From positions 20,088,001 through 20,152,000 of the forward strand of contig OZ260665.1 in assembly GCA_965285935.1 (NCBI GenBank): DNA of 64,000 nt, in the 5' to 3' direction. Under the pieces are notes generated by a model. The model was given only the letters and a program-made list of their open reading frames with translations, was not told where the DNA came from and ran no database searches. Source of the stretch: Ophelia neglecta (lineage: Eukaryota). The first letter of the stretch is position 1. The number at the start of each line of letters is the position of its first letter. Below, piece after piece: positions 51,401-64,000 of this stretch. The position numbers and the translations under genes are program-made.

Positions 51401-52770
51401 CAGACTAAAACACTTGTCCCGGTCTGATTCCAGCCGAAAACATAATTTATACCCTCTCCGTATAAATATCCTGCAATATATGTCAGACTTGTTTAAGCGC
51501 TCGCGTGGATAATTGAGCCTTCTTTGACGTTTAAAGAGTTATACATAGGCCCGAGCGATAATATCGGATATCCAAGAGATCCTGGGCCAAGAGCATCCAT
51601 GGTGTTGTGGCATTCAGGCGCAGTGGTAAACCTATCGTAGGATTGTAATGCACATTAATTTCGCGAAAATATATTAATGTACTGCACACAAATGGTTCAG
51701 AACTTTTTAAATCTAAATGTGAAGTTTTAACGCGTTGTGGGCACACTCCTCCCTTAAGGTACCTGAATTACCTACAGATATGACTATAAACCTGGGCTCT
51801 AACTGAGAGGCATTGGCGTCCCCAGCGGCATGGATTATCACTTATGAATTATCATTAACTATTAAGGGAAGTCGATAAAATAAAAATGCTTAAAAAGGAT
51901 TAACTTCGGCAACCATTAACATCTACAGGCACCTCCTATGGTGATTCGCAATAGTCAAGCAATCTTCACACAAACGAAATATCGATGCTATCGTTACCAA
52001 AAAACAATAAGACTTAATATCCGTCTTTACTAGCTGGGACATTTGAATATCTAGACAATAACTCGGAGAGCATTCACTGAAATAGTCAAGCCTCAAGCAT
52101 TGCAATCAAACGTGCTTTTTGAGAGAAAACTTGCCCCCGGCTTAATTCCGTAAGACACAAGTCACCGTTTGATTTCAGAAACGTGCGTAAAATTAACGGC
52201 GACGCGTAAAATTAACGACGACACTCAATTAGCCGGTTGCCGATTTCTTCTTTGAGACAGAACGAAAATTACATGCATAACTTTATGCTTGCATATTTGT
52301 AACACAACGATACTTTTCTAATCAAAGTACGTATATAGTGACAAAATATATCTAAAAATAAGTTTCGATCCGTTATTACATACTTAATTTCTTTATAATT
52401 TGATTTGTTCCATTTCGTTTAAATCCAACAGTTGTTGCAATTTGCTTCTTGCTTCTTTTCAGTAAAAAGTATAATAATCTATACATATACAATTTACACA
52501 TTGTCTTTGTGATTAAATCTCTCTATATAGACAGTATAGGCAAGGGGGAAAACCCTCAATCAAATTGTACGAAATACCTACACCAAGGGCGCACTTTAAA
52601 CAAATATACACTTGTAAAACTCTTGTCCAGAAAGTAAGTGATGGCTTCGGAGAAATAAAACCAAACTACTTCTGTTAAAATAGGCAATATTATAGTGCTG
52701 CCTCACTTCCGACTATTGTATTGCCGTATGGACTAACTACTCAAATCATACACTTAATAAGGTTCAAAAA

Positions 52771-53041
52771 TTGTTGTTGTTGTTGTTTGGGGTTTTACGT
52801 GGCTTTCAACACTTATCAGTCATATCGCCACAGTGCCTACTTGTGACAGTGGGTTCAATGCCCTCTTTAGAGTTCTGTCTCACTGGAGTACCTGACACCA
52901 GACAGGGAACCCCAACCATTCACATTATACTGACACCGGGTTGACCAGTCCTGATACTACCCCCGAAATACCGGACGCCTGACAGGGGAGCTATCAGTAC
53001 CTATTTTTACGTCTTAGGTTTGACGCGATCGAGGTTCGAAC
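52771..53041 (-). mobile_element. 5'-truncated tRNA-derived SINE with a Meta/MESC-like core and (CAA)n tail
   Basis: On the minus strand: B-box remnant GTTCGAAC, core GGACTGGTCAACCCGGTGTCAGTATAATGTGA, and 3' end GATATGACTG...GTTGAAAGCCACGTAAAACCCC followed by (AAC)n. The core family assignment is from memory. Confidence 0.75.
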
Positions 53042-56000
53042 TGAGACAGTTCGGTATCATGTCTATAGTGTACGAGAGAGACGGGATTAGTTCATTGATA
53101 AACTGACCTATAAATGTTTACAAGGACTTGTCCCAAATAGTTTGTACGATAATTGACTTTACTTCTCTGAATATCATGGTCTGGACACTCACAATATAAC
53201 CCGTTCTCGATAGAAGCCATATTAACCTCGATCTGAGTTGACACAGCAGTCCTTTGAGACCAGGATCCGCTGTAAAGGTACGCTTTACGCAGGGAGCTAC
53301 AGGATTCAGCTTACAGTGCCTCACGATAACTTTTAACTATAGGTTAATAAAATATCATGCATTGAACTCAAACCCCGTTCTATGTGTCATAATACCGATT
53401 AAAACGGTATTTCATTTTAGTATATACAATACAGACCACTCCATTTTTATAATTATTCGCAACCATATTATATGTGTATAGGTTTAAAGTGTACTGCAAA
53501 TTGTGAATTACCTGAAAGTCTGAAGTACTGTATCAATCTGTATATTATTCTTTCATTGTTCGCTTTCACTGATGGTGCCATCTACATGTTATTTTTTTGT
53601 GATACCTTCATACAAAGGATGGCTTTGACATTAAGACTGTTTGAAACAAACTGCCTGAGCTAATACGTTGCCAAAGTATTACATTTTGTCAGTATCTAAG
53701 AATTGCAGTAACAACCTAACACATTCTAACAATTTGTTAACTTTAAGGTCGCACCTACCTGGCAATATCTATGTTTTTCTGTTGACTTATAACCCATGTC
53801 TAATGAAATAATGTATCCGTCTTGCCATATGACTTACATGTTTAATAAAACAACGCACCATAATTTGTAAATATTTAATTTCTATGAATAAGTGTGCCTT
53901 TCAACTTATTGGTATGATAAATAGTAAGTTAAAAATGTTCTTTTACGAGAGGCCTCCCACTCACTTATCCTCGCGCTACTTTGTTAAGCGGATGAAATGT
54001 GATTAAACCTACATGGAAATGTATCACAAGTGGAAAAGAAATTTTTTATTACTGTACATTTACAGAATTTCCATTACACTCTTAACAAAATCACTCATAT
54101 CAGAACCATTAAAAAACGAAAAAACACATGGTTCGAGATGCCATTAAAAGGACTTTCAGCTTCCGGCATTTTCCAGCCTTATTAATGTGCCATTGGCAAA
54201 CCAGGATCAACCCTCTTTCTCGAATAAAGTCTTCCAGTATTTGGCAACAGTCTACTAAATTTTATCACTTTCTACGTTCAAGATAAATGCCCAGTCGAGT
54301 AAGAAACTACCACAGTATCTATTAGCACAAAAAAAATGTTATTCTTAAATGTTGCCGTTTAGATGCAGCTTGTTTGAACGAGTTGGTATAGGACATCACT
54401 TCATTTAAGACTTAAATCTGATACTTGCTTAGCTGTAGGATGAAATATTGCTAGCGTAACTATGTTATATTACACCGCTAAATTATCTATATTTTACTGT
54501 ACCTCCAATATTACGAGATATCATATTCAATATATAAATATAATTATCTAACACAAAGCGGGGTCTGGTTACGTTTGGCCATCTTGTAAGCACTGACCCT
54601 GGGTGACTTTTCACTGCCTCTATGCCTATATACCCTGGAAAAATACCCCGGCGTATTAACTCCCTGCTAAATATCGTTGGTATTAACTGCTGACAGAACA
54701 ATCTTTCACCACGTTTTCTTTATCTGACTATGTCTCGGATAATTATTTTTGGCGAGAATTTGAACTGTACTGTTCACCCTAAAAAGAAAAGGAGGACGAT
54801 AGTGTTTAAACGGATGGCTCCGTGTGTTACACCGCTGTTTGTTTAAATACATAACATGTGGCTTTACCAGCAAGGGTTGAGGAAACGGGACATTAGTTCG
54901 TATATTGTGACAATAATATGACTACAACTGTTTCTCTTTAGATAATTTGCCCATGTATCAAGCCATGTAGATGTCCTTGGTACAGTCCTGCGTACTTTGC
55001 AGACCTATATAAGGTTTTATGCATACTAATAAGAACACAAACAAGCGTAGCGCCCTCATGAATATAATTACTAAACAAACTGAAGCCCGTCTGATTTATG
55101 TGACTGCAATTCGTGCACCTGCGGTAAAACACACAAAAATACTAATGTACAAATGGAAATTTTTACCCGGAATTCAGGCATCGACAAATTCACGATTGTC
55201 AAATGTGTGAATATAAATCCCCGCAAATAAATAATAATTCTATATGATGATATAGCTGCTATTCACAAATTCCTTTACTCGCAAAATTAAATTCAGGCAA
55301 GCTCTAAACAGTTGGAATATCTCCAACGATTCTTCCTTTACACTCTTCCACTTCTACATTAAAAGAAATGATTAATAGTCTAGCCGATCAGAAAATTATG
55401 CTTCCCAGGGCCCATCGGAGACCACAAATACTATATACACAGTGTGTATACAATTTGTTCCTTTCCTCTGACATATATTATTTATTTGCATAATATAATG
55501 GAAAAATCAAAAACTCATAAATAACCACCGTCGTAATCGTACACCAATACAGCAATGTCAACAAAGAAAACGAGATCCCACCATCATTTTATTATGTGTA
55601 GGGTAATTCCAGCAGAGCAATTTTAGTAATTGCACACAAAACCGCTATTGTCATTAAGATGAAAGAAACGACAGCAAAAATGACTCTTGCGGCAATCACA
55701 TCTCAATTCATCCTATCGTCCGTTATTCCTATGGGTGCTAGCTCTTTTTTTTTTACAAACAAATGAATTTAGAGAAAGAAAAGTTGTGTGTGTATGCCTT
55801 TATAATTTGGCCACTGGCCCTAACAAAACCAAAACCGTCTGAAAAAATATGGTCAACAACGCTGTTTGGGAAACAAAGACCAAACTGGCAGAAAATTACT
55901 GCAATGTGAAAGGGATTTCATCCGAATCAGAACAAGTGCTCTCCAACCGAATAAATGTTAAAGCATTTGGAAAGTGTTGACGAAAATTCCCTTTTCTAGA

Positions 56001-56599
56001 ATTAATTTCTCAGATCACATAGCAGTCAATTTGCTAAACACCTCAGATTACGGCTGCCTGTTAATTTTGTTTTTATTCCTATAGATATTCTAAATTTAAT
56101 ATATTTCTATTTTCATCATTCCTCACAATGATTCCAATAGATAAATATTCTGGGAGTATTTAGTTAACAAACTAGATGTATATACTGGTGTCGCACTCGA
56201 CAATCTTGATATTGCTGAACTGTTGTCTACCATACTCGGCTTGCCCCTATGGAGGGGGATGTGAATAATTTAATGTCTATATCTGATCTGTTGTGTGGAC
56301 CACTAAACAAACAAACATTAACAACATGCCATTATATAGAGCTCCTTCTCCTTACATTTGATTGATTCATTTATTCGCTCTTTTGTATTCTTTTTTGCAT
56401 ATTAAAGATGATTATGTCTTTTTTAATGGAAGTCTCCGTCCATAGGAAGAATAAAGAAAATAATAACATGCCTACTTTATTTTTTACTGATTCAAAATCC
56501 AATAAAACCAGTCAACAGTCGGGTCGGAATATGTTAACGGACACCCTGAAGGCTATTTTGAGGTATAGACAAAGGTGATGATATTAAAATACCTATTAC

Positions 56600-56960
56600 A
56601 TGCTTCGGTTATAGCAGCTTATTTCGTGTGCCTTAATTCGCTCAGTAAGCAGACTTTTGCACAGCTAACGGTCTTATTCCACGTAGTAACTAGTCTCCGC
56701 ATGCACCGAACAGACACCAGTCTAATTACGGGCATTTACAAGCCTTACACCACGCAGTAGGCCTTTAACCAGCCTTACTCCGCGAAGTAACCAACCTAAC
56801 ACCACGCAGTGACCAGTATTATTCCGCGCAGTAACAAATCGCATTCTGCCCAGTAACCATGTCTTATTCCGAGCAGTAAGCAGTCTTTTTTCGTGCAGTA
56901 ATCAGCCTTATTCCGCGCAGTAAACACGCATTATTCCACGCACACCGCTATACTTTCTGC
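56600..56960. repeat. Degenerate ~21-bp tandem repeat (CTTATTCCGCGCAGTAAC core)
   Basis: The core recurs about 12 times with variation. Confidence 0.7.
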
Positions 56961-57668
56961 CCGCAATAAACCTATTTACCATATATATAGGCTTATAGGA
57001 GAAACATTAATTTGTTTTAAGGAAAGCTGAAATTATGTTTGCTGTAAAAAAAATTACGAAAAATTGTATTAACAATGCCGCGGCCATGTGTTGATTTGGG
57101 CTGATCGTGCTCGAGTAATTGGAGCGCTCTCTTTATAGTCATTATACTGTATCGCCATTTCATGGAACCGAAAGAATTAATCATTGTGATCAAGCACATG
57201 CAATTGCAAAACAGCAATGGCTGTTTATTACAAAATATGTGCCAAAGTGGATGGAGTCGTGTTTAATGTTGTTTCCTTAATGTTCACCTTTACTGGAGAC
57301 TGAGTTACATTGCCACCGATATAAAGGTAAAAATGTCATAAATCTTATAGAAATAAGGCATTATGCTTCACCTTCAATTCGAAATATTGCAACTTCCTTC
57401 ACTTCCGACAATATAGCGAAAGTTCAGGATTTTATTTTAAAAGGTCGAGCATTTTACTCTGACATTTGGAAATAGAATCATAAAGCTTTCCTTCTAAGGC
57501 ACGTGACATTTTATTACGTAAATGAATTAAATTAATTGTGTATTAAGCTGCTACCGATGAACTAGCCCGCAATGTAAGGAATGTTAAACCTGACGAAACA
57601 GAAAAAGGGGGGTCGGTTCCCTCCTCCCAGAAACATACTTGGGAATATCACAAATCACGGCACCCACG

Positions 57669-58038
57669 ATATAGGCCTATAGATACTACACCCAGACCTA
57701 TTGTAGGCCTATAAACACTACACCCAGACCGATATTATAGGCCTATAAACACTACACCCAGACCGATATTATAGGCCTATAAACACTACACCCAGACCGA
57801 TATTATAGGCCTATAAACACTACACACAGGCCTATATTATAGGCCTATTAACACTACACCAAGACCTATATTATAGGCCTATAAACACTACACCAAAACC
57901 TATATTATAGGCCTATAAACACTACACACAGGCCTATATTATAGGCCGATACACACTAAACGCAGAACCATATTACAGGCCTATAAACACTACACGAAGG
58001 CCTATATTAGAGGCTATAAACACTACACGAAGGCCTAT
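57669..58038. repeat. 34-bp minisatellite, ~11 copies, each with the palindrome TATAGGCCTATA
   Basis: Period 34 (57721 to 57755). Confidence 0.95.
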
Positions 58039-58926
58039 TTAATCATATGCTCCCAGTCGTTTGGGTGTTTGAAGAGTCTTATACATTGTGGCATCCTACA
58101 CAGCCAAAAATGATGGAATCTCTCAAAACCCTTTCACACCATATTACTCCGTGTGGTCTAAAAAAAATGTACACTTTGAAGAAAACTTCGATGTAACTGC
58201 CGATGAACTTATCATGACTCTATTCAGTTCTGCGAAGAGAATTTTAATTTGGACGATACGGTAGGCATTTTATTCGGGATAACAGTAAGCGAGCTTGCGG
58301 TGATACAGGGTATATCTGCATAATCTATAGACACTGAAGATCTATTCCTGATAACTTTAGGAATGCATAAAGCTTAATCTAAAGTTGCCCAAGACCACTT
58401 ATGATACAAGGTTTCGAATGTTAGGTTTCGTAGGACCCTCTAGGCGTATGACACCGTATGTACTCATAAACTATATCGTTTTTCCTTATGCTAATCTCAA
58501 ATAAATACGTTTTATATTGCGTGGGGAATTACAACTTCGGCTTGAATATCTTGATAGACTATTGATGGTGGAAATACAGACTGTAATGTACAACAGTATA
58601 CGTGTAACCTTGATCGCTGGGAGGGGAAGACAAAGCAGGAATAAAATGTCCTATAAAAACAAAATTCAGCGTCATAATTCGCACATAATCCGCTACATAT
58701 TTTATGGCGCGGAGATAAAAACATGGCTGCGGGTTTTTCCTTTCAATGTCATTTTTTTTCCTGATAAACCAGGACAGACTTGGCAAATGAATGGGGTACT
58801 TAATTGAATATCAAACAGAACCAGGCTGATGACATAGAAACAGATATTTGCTCCTATAAATGTACTAAAACGGGTTGTTTTCTTGCAACCAGGCCAAAAA
58901 TGTTAAAATAATTCATATCTTATTCT

Positions 58927-59104
58927 CAGTGAAACCTGTGAATTAAGACCACCCAAGGGACTGGAAAATGTTAGTCTGATTTTGGAGGTGGTCTGTTCAG
59001 ACAGGTTATTTAACATTGAACATATACATTAAGGGGCTCCTATTCGTGGTCTGAATTGGCAGGTGGTCTGATTATAGAGGTGGTCTTTAAGGCAGGTTTC
59101 CCTG
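58927..59104 (+). mobile_element. Tc1/mariner-like MITE (178 bp)
   Basis: CAGTGAAACCTG...CAGGTTTCCCTG|TA. Confidence 0.85.
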
Positions 59105-59400
59105 TATTTCTTTTACCAATATTTGGTTCCACATTCCCCATAAACATTGTTTTAAGTAATATAAGCTAGGTTATTTTGTCATAGATCTAGATCGAAGATA
59201 ACCAGTGAAGGCCTCGACAATGAACAGCATTCCCCACCCGCCGACAAACCTACCGCGCTGCCGCTCAAACGGAAAACGTGAATATTTATATATGTTTATA
59301 TCCCATAGAAGTGACTAATCGCCTAAAGCCTACAGATCTCGATCTAGCTATAGCCTATGACTAACAAGAAAAAAACCTGATATGGTTAAGAGATACTCAC

Positions 59401-59470
59401 GCTTGTTGAGGGGGTTGGAGTTTTGTATTTTTTCGGCTTGGGTCCTCGTTTTGCAGGTTCGCAAGCAGGG
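59401..59470 (-). CDS. Pc: Polycomb/CBX exon 4: (S)PACEPAKRGPKPKKYKTPTPSTS
   Basis: Acceptor TTTTTACAG, donor GTGAGT, 70 nt, phase 2-0. Carries the KRGPKPK AT-hook-like motif that follows the chromodomain in CBX proteins. Confidence 0.92.
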
Positions 59471-60007
59471 CTGTAAAAAAAATACTGATATTTAGGCTTC
59501 CTAGGGAGTGATGGGGGCAGCAAGTATGACCCTGCTATCAATAGAATCTTAAATGCTATGAACTTGGCAAAACACAGTGTACCCAATAGCAATAACTTGA
59601 TACATTCATGTATATGATAAAAAGTCCTATAGACCATACTAATTAATTCTAATTGCATTAGGGATACTGTTGAACTACCGCTTAAAAAAGGTAAATCATT
59701 CTGCCCGTAAATATCCCCAAAGAGGGTATGTAACTAAATTAACATATTTTTTTCTAAAGGCGAGATTAGGCCTTATTACAGTAAACCAAGTTGTTACACT
59801 AAACTTTTAAACTGTAATGTCAACAACCAAAGAGGGTTGTTACATATTCAATTCGAACACGAATTTGTCAACCACTCATCAACCAAGCACAGCTGATGCA
59901 TAAACAAGTATAGACATTGACACTGATGTCGGCAAAAAAGCCACGAATTACGCCGAATGGCAGGCGCTTCACCAGTCTCATGGGCTTCATACGTAGTTTT
60001 AACCAAC

Positions 60008-60073
60008 CTGTTTCTGAAAGCTTCCAGAAGCCGCTGATCCAATATATTCTCTTCAGGCTCCCATGTATTGTAT
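60008..60073 (-). CDS. Pc: Polycomb/CBX exon 3: (K)[21 protein letters not shown](S)
   Basis: Acceptor TTTTCAG, donor GTTGGT, 66 nt, phase 2-2. Contains the chromodomain signature TWEPEENI. Confidence 0.95.
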
Positions 60074-60186
60074 CTGAAAATATTTGTATGACATGAGCAC
60101 AGGGTAATCCACTATATACTTAGCTAGCTGATACAATTGTGAAGCGATGTTGACATTAGTAGATGGACAAATTACCCTGTACTTAC

Positions 60187-60230
60187 TTGTTACTCCAGCC
60201 TTTCCATTTGACTAGATATTCAACCTTCCC
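60187..60230 (-). CDS. Pc: Polycomb/CBX exon 2: GKVEYLVKWKGWSN(K)
   Basis: Acceptor CTTACAG, donor GTAAGT, 44 nt. Contains the chromodomain aromatic-cage motif YLVKWKGW. Confidence 0.96.
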
Positions 60231-60372
60231 CTGTAAGAGAATACATAGTCCTACATACACAGCGATAACAAATTGAATGCTGTCAATAATCGGGGTAAAT
60301 ATTTGATGATTTCTACCGCGTTCGGGGTTAAAGCCGTCCAAAATTACGGCCGATAGTAGATAAAGAGGTTAC

Positions 60373-60447
60373 CTTTCTAATCCTGCGTTTCTGGATGCAT
60401 TCGGCGGCGAAAACCCGGTCGCCAACGTCTGATAATTCCATGTTCAT
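60373..60447 (-). CDS. Pc: Polycomb/CBX coding exon 1: (MN)MELSDVGDRVFAAECIQKRRIRK
   Basis: Chromodomain N-terminus typical of Pc/CBX proteins. ATGs at 60447 and 60441 (69 nt from the second). Donor AAG|GTAACC, phase 0. Confidence 0.95.
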
Positions 60448-60620
60448 TTTGAAGCTGTTTGTACGATCGTTGCGCCTACACATTCACCACTGTACGCATT
60501 AATGCCCGTACATCCCATAATAGTCGTGACGTCACGCGGCGAGGGAATCCCCGCGATAAGGAGGGGAAGCCACTCGGTACTAAAGGGAGGGGTGCCGTTA
60601 TATTTACAAGTAATGCCTAA
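60448..60620 (-). promoter_or_regulatory. Probable Pc 5' UTR or proximal promoter, with a CRE/ATF palindrome CGTGACGTCACG at 60525-60536
   Basis: CpG-rich stretch just upstream of the ATG. The perfect 12-bp palindrome contains TGACGTCA. The transcription start site cannot be determined from sequence. Confidence 0.5.
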
Positions 60621-63600
60621 AAGCTGTCCTATTAAGATGTCGCTGCAACCAGCTGCAGCGCTAACAGTTATTTCATATCTCAACAAAATTCAAAAATGTT
60701 CTTCTACATCACGTTAATTTTGTTAAATTCGAGGTTTGCTCCAATTCCGCACCATGAAATCTCACCTATTATTAATGTTAAAGTTAATGGCTATTCCCAT
60801 ATTTGCTAAACGCGTTAAATTCCAGCATTTGGCCTCGTATGAAAATGTTCAAAGAAATATGATGTTTAGTGCAACATGAAGGTACAAGTGGGGTATGGCA
60901 AACTAAATTTACATTAACAAACTAGCTATTTGTTTTATCAACACACCCCATTAACACATTGACCCCCCCCCCCCCTCTCCTCCAGTTGGGATTCCCCCTT
61001 CGCCAGATACGACAGCTGCGTTTGCAAACGGTGAGAAAGAGGTCAAATCGGCCGCTTAGCTTAGCCATATGACATTTATCCCGCTGTAGTAGGCGGCTAT
61101 TAGAATATTATGCGGAGTTTTAAAACTTCGGTTGAAAAGATAGGTACACAGAGCATTTGAATGGTACTTTGATTGCGGTAAAATGTATTGTTACTACACC
61201 GTCGTCAAAGTAGTGGTAACAGTTTAAATGGTGTGCAAGAAAGAATTGACACAAATATCGATAAAATACTGCAATAATTTGTAGTATTTTATTCCTTGCC
61301 TAATTCATTAATTAAACAATGTGTAATTAATTAACAAAAATGCACGAATAATCACGTATAGTATCAAGTTTGAGCGAGGTAGATTTTAATACATTTCGGT
61401 ATTACGCAGATAGATGTCACATTGTGACACCCTGTGTTATAATTTTTAACTGTGTCCTTTGTATGCATAAATAAAGCCATCATTTACCGAGCGAAAAAAA
61501 ACAGAAACTGCACCACGGTTTGGGTTAAGTGGGTTTCAACGAGCTCTTAAAGATGCGCTGCTCACATCATAACAGATCGCTTCCAGTTCGCCTGGTTAGA
61601 CATCTAAGGGAATCCAGTGTCGGCGAAAATTTATAGCCGTGAAATGAAATAGTTTTACAATCAGCTCGGTCACGAGGTTGTCGGCAGATGTTGTTTCTTT
61701 AACGTAGCCTTTGGGGTCGAGTGCCATTTTATATCGAAGTCGAGGCTCTAAGAATAGAAGTTGAATATCCTTTACAATGTGCATCCGTTTTTTATTGGGG
61801 TAGAACAGTAATATTCAAATCATTTGGCGAGTTTAAAAGAAAAAAAGACAGACAATGCAGTCAAAAAACACTTTAGAGGCCCACTAAGCATGATAGAAAT
61901 CGAGATAAAATTATTTGATATTTGAACTCAAAAAATAGGCAGATTTCAGTCCACCTTTTGCCTGCAAGTGTTCAGGTGAGAAACCTCAACTTGGCCGAAC
62001 AGCAAATTGTTAGCAATCTCAAATGCATATATAATAGAGCAATCGATTAATAACGATATTTTTTATTTTAAAAATCTAAAGAACTCGGAAATTATCAGGC
62101 TCGTCGCCCTCGATCGATAGCCGAGGGAAGTCGAAGGAAAACAAAATTACTGTAGGCCTACACAAATATATAAACTTATATTTAAGAACTGTTTCTTAGG
62201 TTGTGAAAGTTTAAATAAGACGGAGCTCTAGCAACTGGAGTATTTAGTCAGTTTGTGTGTTTCATTAGTTGGTTAACTTTTTAATATAGCATCTTATTTT
62301 TGTTGTTGAATATTATTTCGTACTAATCAAGGACTCTGTGAGATAGCTTCGCTGATAGGCGTGTGAGTGTGGGGGGGGGGGGGGGGGATTCAATATGCCG
62401 GTGGTATAAGGGCTGTTATACCAGTATTTCTCGATGTATAGAATTGTTAATAAATCAATACATGCCCTCATGTAACGAGACTCCAACTCAGATCCTCGGT
62501 ACATACACTAAACACAATTTGAGCAAAAGTTGTCCCGAAATGTACAGAAGAAAATTAGACCGTGCATCGACACGATGTCTGTGTAAACAACAAAACGAAA
62601 TTCGAATTATAGAAGCCAACTTTGTCGGGTAAACAGAAACTCTGTTAAACATGTATATTTGTTACTAGTTTCCATGTCGTATTAAACTACTAATAATTGA
62701 AATCTAGAGCCCAATAATTTTTATTGTTTTTATATACACTCTACCAACTGGTGCAATAAAATATTATACATGTACCAACAATTAAGACAACTATGGCACG
62801 TGGACGGCTCTTTAACTACGTGCACATTTAGGTATAATTACAAAGGTTAAGAGTCTTTGTTTTTCACTGAAAATACCGAGAGCTTCACGCAGCAAAACAA
62901 GTGCTGTGTGCAAAAACGGCCAAACTAAATAAAAATTAAAAAAATGATTTATTTCATTATAAAGTGATAAGAGAGATGGTCTTTATATTCTGTAATTTTT
63001 TCCGAGCAAAATGTTAGTTCAAAATTCAAGTTATATCATAAACGGAAAGGTCTCACTCAAAATTTGAAAAATTAGTTGCAATAACGGTCTACCCCAAACA
63101 GTTTGACTTTGTTGCATAAAATGATATGTTGCTTTTGACATAGTGAAAACGTTCAGTGTCAGAATATTCTAAACCGCTTAGGTTATAACTGTTTCAATAT
63201 TTCCTTATTGTAACACACTCTATACGTATCAGACTGAAGCTAACTGACTAAGTATTATTAATTTCATTAATCAGTTAAATTGCTTGAGTAAGCCCTTTGT
63301 TGCTAAAGACATAAGTAAACGTAACAGGGATTGAATTAAACGTTCAGCACACTGGAATTTGTTTTGCTCTTGAAATTAGAAGTGATTTAGACTTTTATTG
63401 CATCCAGCCCTCGATACGATGTCTCGCATTCTTCAAGGGATTATTAATATATTATGTACTGGGAAACATGACCAAAAGCATCAAGTTTATTCATAATAAC
63501 TATATGGAATTTGACGGGTATATACAAGGAGATTATCCAAGCTTAAACTGCCCGGTGCCTTTTGTAATATGGCCACTATATAATATAATTTTATACTGCC

Positions 63601-64000
63601 TAACAGGCGTGCAAATAAAATCTAATAAAATAGAAGCGAACTATACACTCCTCTATAAAAATTTCAATGCTTTGTATAGACAGACAGGCGCTTTCGATGT
63701 CATTTCATTATTGATGAATTAAACGCGAAAGACTTATAAAAAAAAGTTGCCGGCGCAATTTGCCGACATAATACTAAAAGCATAAAAAATGAAGGCAGAG
63801 AAAATCCCATTTCGCTCATGAAATATTTCTATTTCTTTATGTATTTCATGAATATATTTGAAAGTTGAGAAGCCTATTATTTTTCAATGCTATTTTTCAA
63901 TTTGTTCCTGGACGTGGGCAGACGATCGGTAAATTCGCGAGCTCAAAGCTGGTTCTCAAACATCGGCCCTGAAATAAAACTGCTATGATTCTTGTGAGCA

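Overview
AT-rich, intron- and repeat-rich animal genomic DNA, probably from a marine invertebrate (a lophotrochozoan is inferred only from the repeat types). There are three main components. (1) A complete, very young BEL/Pao LTR retrotransposon at 8969-17155 (+). It has two apparently identical 1070-bp LTRs, a 5-bp GTGGG target-site duplication (TSD) and a gag-pol frame broken by one TGA near its end. It is unusual in having TG...TA termini, no tRNA-type primer-binding site (the segment in that position instead pairs with the LTR 5' end) and an intron-like segment inside the LTR. (2) An intact five-exon Polycomb (Pc/CBX) gene on the minus strand (60447 to 44316), with a chromodomain, several AT-hooks, a Pc box and a 14.2-kb last intron. 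(3) A large, heavily decayed plus-strand gene spread over about 0.6-28.5 kb that the ORF track does not reveal. Its many exon remnants each carry a PAN/apple-like cysteine pattern, and the BEL element sits inside one of them. The rest is MITEs, SINE/LINE fragments, four minisatellites, foldback hairpins and a 133-N assembly gap. I found no prokaryotic features such as CRISPR arrays, rRNA or operons. All alignments and translations were done by eye.
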